Shown here: positions 54,370 to 64,000 of the stretch, one piece after another
Layout of the letters: every line of letters begins with the position of its first letter
Position numbering within the stretch: the first letter of the stretch is position 1
The notes under the pieces: generated by a model
Told to the model about the DNA's origin: nothing
Databases searched by the model: none
Seen by the model: only the letters and a program-made list of their open reading frames with translations
From: the human T2T-CHM13v2.0 reference genome, Homo sapiens
Assembly: GCF_009914755.1 (NCBI RefSeq)
Contig: NC_060929.1
Direction: 5' to 3' (one strand)
DNA: 64,000 bases
Program-made: the position numbers and the translations under genes

Positions 54370-55017
54370 GGGAGAAGACAAATTATCCATATCAGGAGTG
54401 GGGCAGGGAACACGACTACAGATTCTACAGATACTCACAAGATAATAAGGGAGTACTATGAGCAATTCTATTTCTACCAGTATCAGGGTGGGGCAGGGGA
54501 CATCACTGCAGACTCTACAGATACTAACCAGCTAATAAGGGAGTGCTATGAATCACTCTATTTCTACCAACATCAGGAGTGGGGCAGGGGGTACCACTAC
54601 AGATTCTACAGATATTCACAAGTTAATAAGGGAGTACTATGAGCAACTCTATTTCTATCAATATCAAGAGAGGGGAGGGGACACCACTACAGATTCTACA
54701 GATATTCACAAGTTAATAAGGGAGTACTATGAGCAACTCTATTTCTACCAATATCAGGAGTGGAGAGGGGACATCACTACAGATTCTACAGATATTCACA
54801 AGTTAATAAGGGAGTACTATGAGCAACTCTATTTCTACCAATATCAGGAGTGGAGAGGGGACATCGCTACAGACTCTACAGATATTAGCCAGATAATAAG
54901 GTAATGCTATGAATGACTCTATTTCTACCAATATCAGGAGTGGGGAGGGGACATCATTACAGATTCTACAGATATTAACAAGATAATAACGGAATACTAT
55001 GACCAACTCTATTTCTA
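54370..55017 (+). repeat. ~90-bp minisatellite (7 copies) derived from L1 ORF2
   Basis: Units start at 54391, 54482, 54572, 54663, 54753, 54843, 54933; translation GDITTDSTDIHKLIREYYEQLY matches the L1 ORF2 GDITTDPTEI..IREYY..LY region. Confidence 0.93.
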
Positions 55018-55019
55018 AA

Positions 55020-57100
<2,081 letters not shown>

Positions 57101-57289
57101 TTTTATTGTGAACATTTTCAAACATACAAAAAATGAAAAGAATTGTAGAGTGAATGCCCATGGCAAGATTGCTTTTATATCTTTGATTGATCATGTGTAT
57201 GTCCAACTATCTTTCCATCAACGTATTTTATTTATTTTTGATGTATGTCAATGTCTTTTGACATCAGTACAGTTGATCCTTAAACATTT

Positions 57290-58085
57290 TGAAGCAGGAT
57301 ATTTCCCTGCCCCCTCCACTGGCAGGAACCGGAGTGCACAGGTGCTGGTAGGGGTGAACTCCACTCACTCACTGCTCCACCCATCGTGGGAGGGGGAGTG
57401 CAGGTGTGTGGGTGCAGAGACTGGAGTGAGCACTTTTTGGGGACTGGCAATAGTGAATTCTGTACCAGCCCTGCAGCAACATCTAGGGTAGGGTGCCCAC
57501 AACCCCTGAAGCCCCACAGGAAGTGTTACAGTGCCTTTTTAGCTTTGCTGCTCATGGATGGCTTAAGTGTTAACAGCTCAGTGGAGGGCCAGTGTGACAG
57601 CCTTTTGCACCCATGCTCATGGCACCCGAGTTCTCGTCTGGTGTCCAGGAGGAATGAGGTTGCATGAAAGAATTGAAGGTGGTAAATGTAGGGGATTTTA
57701 TTGCTGGTGAACGTGGCTCTCAGCAGGAAGGGGAGCTGAGAAGGGCATGGAGCAGGAAGGTGATCTTCCCCTGGAGGCTGGACTCCTCTCTGAAGCTATG
57801 CCATTAAGCTGTCCCTCTGAAGTCAAGCCACTTGTCTCCAATGTCCAATGATAGTCTCTGACATCCAGCTGCTTCTCTTCTCTGCTGGCTGAGTTATGGC
57901 ATTTTTATAGGCACAGGATGGGGGACGGGGTGGGTGGTTTTGGAAAAGGCAAAATTCGAGCAGGAAAGCATGGATGTGTGGTCTCACTTTGGGCTGTGGT
58001 TCCGGGCTTTTGGGCTAGAAGGTGGGGCTCTTGCCAGGGGCTTACCCTCTTCTACCCAGAATTTCCCGGCCTGCTGCTCCTATGA
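57290..58085 (-). mobile_element. LTR1-family (ERV1) solo LTR with 4-bp TSD ATTT
   Basis: Reverse strand begins ..gggaaattctgggtagaagaggg..ccccacc and ends ggaaatatcctgcttca; attt on both flanks. Confidence 0.8.
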
Positions 58086-58491
58086 ATTTTAGCACGTGTA
58101 TCACTAGAGTTGAAAATTATATTTTTGTTTTGAGTGAAATGCTCAAATCTTAAGCTTACCACTTGAAAAGTTTTAACAAATACACATCCCTGCATGAGGC
58201 AAACCTTTGTCAAGGTAGGACGCTACTGCCACCATGGAAGATTCTGTCACGCTCTCGTCCATGAATACCTTGCCAGGTAACCAGCATTCTGATTTGCATT
58301 CTTCATAGGCTGGTGTAGCCTGTTGTAAAATGTCACTTACATGGCATCATGTTATCCTATAGCATGTACTTAGAGTTTGGTTTCTCTCACTTGAGATAAT
58401 GTTTTGAGGGTTATCATGTAGTTGTGTTTATTGGTAATTTATTTCATTTGCTGCTGAGTAGTATTCATTTGGCTATCATAAATGAGGCTAC

Positions 58492-58985
58492 TGAAACTGC
58501 CTTTGCAAAATGATGACAGTGAGAGAAATCTGACATAGTTGACTCTGTCTTGCTTCTGACTGCCAAGCTGTCCTCGGTCATTCCTGGGTGTACACCAGGC
58601 TGACTTTGGGAGAAACTTAGTTTCTAGTTTAAAGCAAGGATGATAATAGCCCTTCCCAAAACTAAACCATGTTTGTAAAACTAATGAAAGGTCACAAGAT
58701 AGGTGTATCTTCTATAATCCCTTGCTGCTTAGGACTCATGTGGCCAGAAGTCACAGATTTGTGACTTCCCCAATTACTCATATAGACAACTTCACTATTG
58801 TAGAACCTAGGATTGATGTGTTGAGATATCTTTCAGACTGACCCCACCCGGACACCTGACTCATGACTCAACCAATCCTGTGGTCCCCCCAGGGGCAGAC
58901 TCAGTGCACCCCTATGATTTCATCCCCAAACAATATTCCCCATTCCCTGGTCCCCTGCCTACCAAACTAGCCTTGAAAACCCCTT
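58492..58985 (+). mobile_element. LTR8/LTR8A-like ERV1 LTR, 3'-truncated
   Basis: tgaaactgcctttgcaaaat..gagaaatctgacatagttgactc..tcttgcttct..cattcctggg. Confidence 0.8.
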
Positions 58986-59495
58986 ATAATTTTTGTTTTA
59001 AACGATTACGTTAATTTTAAAAAATTCAAAGGAAAATAATTTTTTACATTTACCCATGTATTTATTGAAACTGGTGTTCCTCAGACCTTCTGGAGGATCT
59101 GACTTCCATCTGATGTCATTTGGCTTCAGCCTGAAGAGCTTTTAGCATTTCTGGAGTGTAGATTTGCTAGGCACATGTTTTTTTAGATTTTCCTTCTTTG
59201 AGAGCATGTTTGCTTGTCCTTATTCTTGAAGGATATTTTGCTGGAGTATAAAATTCTCGGTGTTTTCTTTTAGCCCTTTGGAGATGTCATTTTCCTGTCT
59301 TCTGGCTTCCGTTATTTCTGCTGAGAAGTCCAGCAGTTGTTTGCATGTTGTTCTCCTGTGTATGATGTGTGCTTTTTCTTCAGCTGCTTTTAATGTTTCC
59401 TCTTACCTTTGACTTTCCTCATTTAGACCCTAATGTGCTTGGGATACTTTTCTTTCTGTCAATCCTGCTTTGGGTTCACTTGGGTTTCTTGATTC

Positions 59496-59802
59496 TTTTT
59501 TATTTATTTATTTATTTTTTTGAGATGGAGTCTCACTCTGTCGCCCAGGCTGGAGTGCAGTGGCGCAATCTCAGCTCACTGCAAGCTCCGCCTCCTGGGT
59601 TCATGCCATTCTTGGGCCTCAGTCTCCTGAGTAGCTGGGACTACGGGGGCCCGCCACCACGCCCGGCTAATTTTTTGTATTTTAAATAGACATGGGGTTT
59701 CACCGTGTTAGCCAGGATGGTCTCGATCTCCTGACCTTGTGATCCGCCCGCCTCGGCCTCCCAGAGTGCTGGGATTATAGGCGTGAGCCACCGCGCCTGG
59801 CC
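59496..59802 (-). mobile_element. AluY with TSD tcttgattcttt
   Basis: gcaagctccgcctcc, caccgtgttagccaggatggtctcgatc. Confidence 0.95.
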
Positions 59803-60265
59803 TCTTGATTCTTTAATCTCATGTCTTCTACTAAAGTGAGAAAATGTGTCCTCTACTTTTCAAAAATGTTTTTCTCCCCCATTTGTTCCTGTACACCTGT
59901 GACTCACATTTCACTATTAGACCCTTTGATGGTATCTCTCAGGTCTCTGAGACTGCATTGATGTCTTTCAGTTTTTTTCTTCTTCTCCCTAAGATTAGAT
60001 GATTTCTGTTAATGTATCTTCCAAGTTTACTGGCTCCTGTATCATCCCTATTCTGCTGCTAAGTGTACATGTTGCATTTTCCATTTCAGATATTATATTT
60101 TTCAGTTATAGAATTTCATATAGTTCTTTTATATTTTATACATTTTAAGTAATTTATATTTGGTTCTCTTAATTTTTCTGATGACATTTACTATTTGTTC
60201 ATTCATTTCAAATATTCATTCATTCTTTATGCCCTTGAGTGTTATTGTTATCATTTCTGCCTTAA

Positions 60266-60639
<374 letters not shown>

Positions 60640-61414
60640 TTATTGTGGGTCACATTTTTCTGGTTTTCCTTTTTTAGAAAAATATAATATCTACAAATTT
60701 TAGGGATTATAGCAGGATATTATTGTTAAACATTGTAAAAGCTTGATTCTTTTTGTTCTTTGGAATATTGTTGCTATTTTATCTGTTTTTAGAGGCAGTT
60801 AATTTGCCTGAATGTAAACTCCAAACACTTTCCTTATAATAATGGCAAACAGCTGAAATCTCTGCTTATTTCTTTCATTTTCAGTTTCTTTACATTTACT
60901 GTAATCACAGTTTCAGAGCTCAGCTGGAGATTTGGAAAGGTCTAACACACAGAACTCAGGTATCAATCTCTGTAGTTCTCTGTTTTTCAGAATTCATCCT
61001 GCCAAATTCCATCTGCTGAGGTCTCCACAATCTCTGTCCCTGATTCTTTGTGCCAGTAACACTATTTTCTATGAAAGTTTTATCTGTCTGGCATGGTGAT
61101 GACTTTGACCTGACCCCAGTAAAGACTGAAAATTGGAAACTCACTCAGAACATCATCTTACAAATGTGGTGGGATTTTTTTTTCTTTACTTTTTAAAAAC
61201 CAATATGGCAAGCTTGGTCATAATGAAGTTAGTCCTTTAAATTTACTTATATTCATAGTTGAATGGTCATTCTAAAATCTTATAATTTATTTTCTGTTTA
61301 TTCCATGTGTCTTCTTTACTTTATTTATCCCCACTTTATTGGCACTATAGTTATATATTTTTTATTTCCCTATAGTTTATTATTTGCATAGTTGAAGTAT
61401 AAAAACCTACCTTA

Positions 61415-61733
61415 GGCCAGGCACAGTGGCTGACGCCTGTAATTCCAGCACTTTGGGAGGCAAAGGCAGGAGGATTGCCTGAGCCCAGGAATTTGAGAGC
61501 AGCCTGGGCAACAAAGTAAGACCCTGTTCTCTACAAAAGATGTTAAGAAAAATAAGCCAAGCATAGTGGTGGGCACCTGTAGTCCCAGCTACTCAGACGA
61601 CTGAGAAGGAGAATCACCTGAGCCTGGGAGGTTTTGGCTGCAGTGAGCCATGATTGTGCCACTGCACTGCAGCCTGGGTGACAGAGCGAGACCCTGTGGG
61701 GGGAAAAAAAACAAAAAACAAAACAAAACAAAA
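61415..61733 (+). mobile_element. AluJ with (CAAAA)n tail
   Basis: gaggattgcctgagcccagg..; flanks aaaaacctacct / aaacacctacct. Confidence 0.9.
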
Positions 61734-62081
61734 CACCTACCTGAAACGAATACTTTTATCACTTCCCAAGCAGTTGAAGGATCTTATGAGTGGTCTGTCG
61801 TGCCCCCGCTCGCATTTCCTTTAATGCTATTGTAGTCATATATTTTACTTCTGTGTTCGTTGCAAACACCAGAAGATCACTTTAAACAATCCATACACTC
61901 ACACTGCCCCTAACAGTTATCCTTTGTGGTGCTCTTCATTCCTTTCATCCTTTCCCCCATGAACATTTTCCTTGAGCTGAAAAATGTGGCTTTAGTATGC
62001 CTTGTAAGGCAAGTATGTTGCAGATAAATTTTCTCAACTTTTTAAATAACCACATCTTTATTCCACCTGCATGATTTAAAG

Positions 62082-64000
62082 CAGCAGTCCCCAACATTTT
62101 TTGGCACCAGAGATTACTTTTAATGGCAAAAACCGCAATTACTTTTGAACCAACCTAGTAATTATTACATTGTATTATATACTGAAATAATTATACAGCT
62201 CACTATCACGTATAATCAGTGGGAGCCCTGAGCTTGTTTTCCTGCAACTCGATGGTCCCATCTGGGAGTGATGGAGACAGTCACCCCCAAAGTGTGTTGC
62301 TTATGTCCGGTGTACTCTGTAATCTCGTTTTGGTTGCTGTCACTGCAGAAAACTCTGCTTCACAAAGACAGGATGTTGGGCATGGAAGCAGGTTTTTCAG
62401 TGCGTTTGTGGCAATCTCAGGATATTCCACCTTGACTTTAGTCCAGAACATATGGAGATTTGAAGTTGTCTCAAACACACTTGTAAGGCCACCATTATTT
62501 GTGATCTCAAGCAGCCGACCCTCTTCTAGCAAGGACAAAGTCGATTCATCTGGCTTATTCACAAATGGGTCACGGATCCATTCCTTCCCAGTTCGGGGTT
62601 CTTTTGTAGTTGGGAAGTAATGCTCAAGCTCTTTTGGAAGCTGAAAGGTGATCATGCACCAGCTGGGGGAAAGAAGGCCCTGGCTCAGTCTCTTTCCAAA
62701 CAAAACCTCCGCTAATGTTTGAAACATGTCAGAAGTCCCAGTGTTCACTCATTGACCCATAATTCCAGTTTGACTTTTAATGCAGCCACTTTATCTCCTG
62801 ACTTGAACACAGTTGTCCCTCTCCCTGAAGTGACGGTTTGTGTTGCTGGTTGAATATGTCACACAAGTAAGCAACATTTGTAGCCCATTCTATGTCACTG
62901 AAATGTGTTGCCAGTGGTGACTGTTTTTCTAAAAGAAATCTCTGGAGTGGCTCTCATAACTCAAAATCTCGGCCAGTGATCTACCTTTAGAAAGCCACCT
63001 CATTTCTGCATATCAGAGAAGCCATCTCACTCCTGTCACACATGTGTCACTGTAAGCACATGTATTTCAGAGAAGACGTGTGTGCTCTGCATCCGTCTCC
63101 TCACAGAGCTGCGTGAACAGACATGAGTTAAGGGCATGTACTTTAATGAGGTTGATAACTTTAATCACATACTGCAAAACTTTATTAAGTTGAGGCAACA
63201 TTTTCCAGCTACCCAGCATTTCTCTGTGGATGACACAGTGCATAGACTTACATCCAGAAGCGACCTCTTTGACACAAGTAGTGAAACCAGAAAGCCATCC
63301 AGTCATGGCAGCCACTCCGTGTGTACACTGACACAAAATGGCCAGTTCAGTTTTCCTGATACATAATCATTGAAAGACTTGAATAGTTCTGCAGCTGTGG
63401 TGTTGGTTGGCAACAAAAGTGCACCTAACATAACCTCGTGCACAGCCTCCTAAAAACGGATCTCACAACAACAAGCATTGTTGCCTTGCTGTCAACATCA
63501 GTAGACTCATCAGCCTGGCTTGTGTACCACGGTGACTCATTAATCGTCTCTGACAATTGTGCCTCAATATCCTCTGGAATTTTCTCAATTCCTCTAGGTA
63601 CGGTGCTAGCCAAAAGAGGAACACGTGCCACCTTTTGAGCTGCAGCCTCTCCTAAAAGTTCACGACAAATGTCCTTAGCGCAGGCAAGATCAGCTGTTCA
63701 CCAACAGTAAAGGGCTTCTTAGCTTTAGCAATGCAGTTAGCCAGTAAGAATGATGCTCTCAGTGCAGACACATTTGAAGTGGTGGCCTTCAATCATTGCT
63801 TCTGTTCTTCGTGGTCACACTTTTCTTTTTTCCTTTTGAAAAACTCCAAAGGCTGGTCTTTTAACGCAGGGTGCTTGGTCTTCATATGGCGAAGCAGTTT
63901 TGAAGGTTTCATGGCTTCATTGGATAGTCATCACATATTACATTGCAAGTGGGCTTGGAAAATGTGAATCACCTGTTGGAATGAACCTGCAATTTAAGTG
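62082..64000 (-). mobile_element. Charlie3/MER1-family hAT DNA transposon with decayed transposase; half MADE1 at 62113-62158; runs off the window
   Basis: Terminus cagcagtccccaac..tttttggcaccag; transposase fragments (QADESTDV, HCVIHREML, WIRDPF, YPEIA..ALK.LLP..TS.LCEAEFS) in broken frames; ttacttttaatggcaaaaaccgcaattacttttg = MADE1. Confidence 0.85.

Noticed and set aside
62281-63970. Domesticated hAT transposase gene (ZBED5/FAM200-like)
   Set aside because: Multiple frameshifts and stops plus a retained transposon terminus indicate a fossil Charlie3 copy

Overview
Human genomic DNA: it carries a consensus-identical AluYa5 and an L1HS pre-Ta element. I cannot name the locus. The left ~38.6 kb is GC/CpG-rich, minisatellite-dense and subtelomere-like, with three CpG islands (~8.75-9.9, ~18.9-19.4 and ~32.0-33.2 kb). 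The right ~25 kb is mostly AT-rich nested L1/Alu/LTR sequence that ends in a decayed hAT-Charlie3 transposase. I recognise no host protein-coding gene, tRNA, rRNA or CRISPR array. Nearly all ORFs in the track are GC-, repeat- or TE-derived. The most notable structures are: a TSD-less pre-Ta L1 fused to an older L1PA4 beside a CpG island; a 90-bp in-frame minisatellite born from L1 ORF2; a ~265-bp non-TE inverted repeat; two splice-donor/E-box-rich VNTRs upstream of an X-box-containing CpG island; an internal L1 patch inside MER30; and speculative spliced transcripts on both strands at 32-37 kb, one giving a ~305-aa orphan ORF. Repeat subfamily calls come from recalled consensus sequences and need RepeatMasker/Dfam confirmation.
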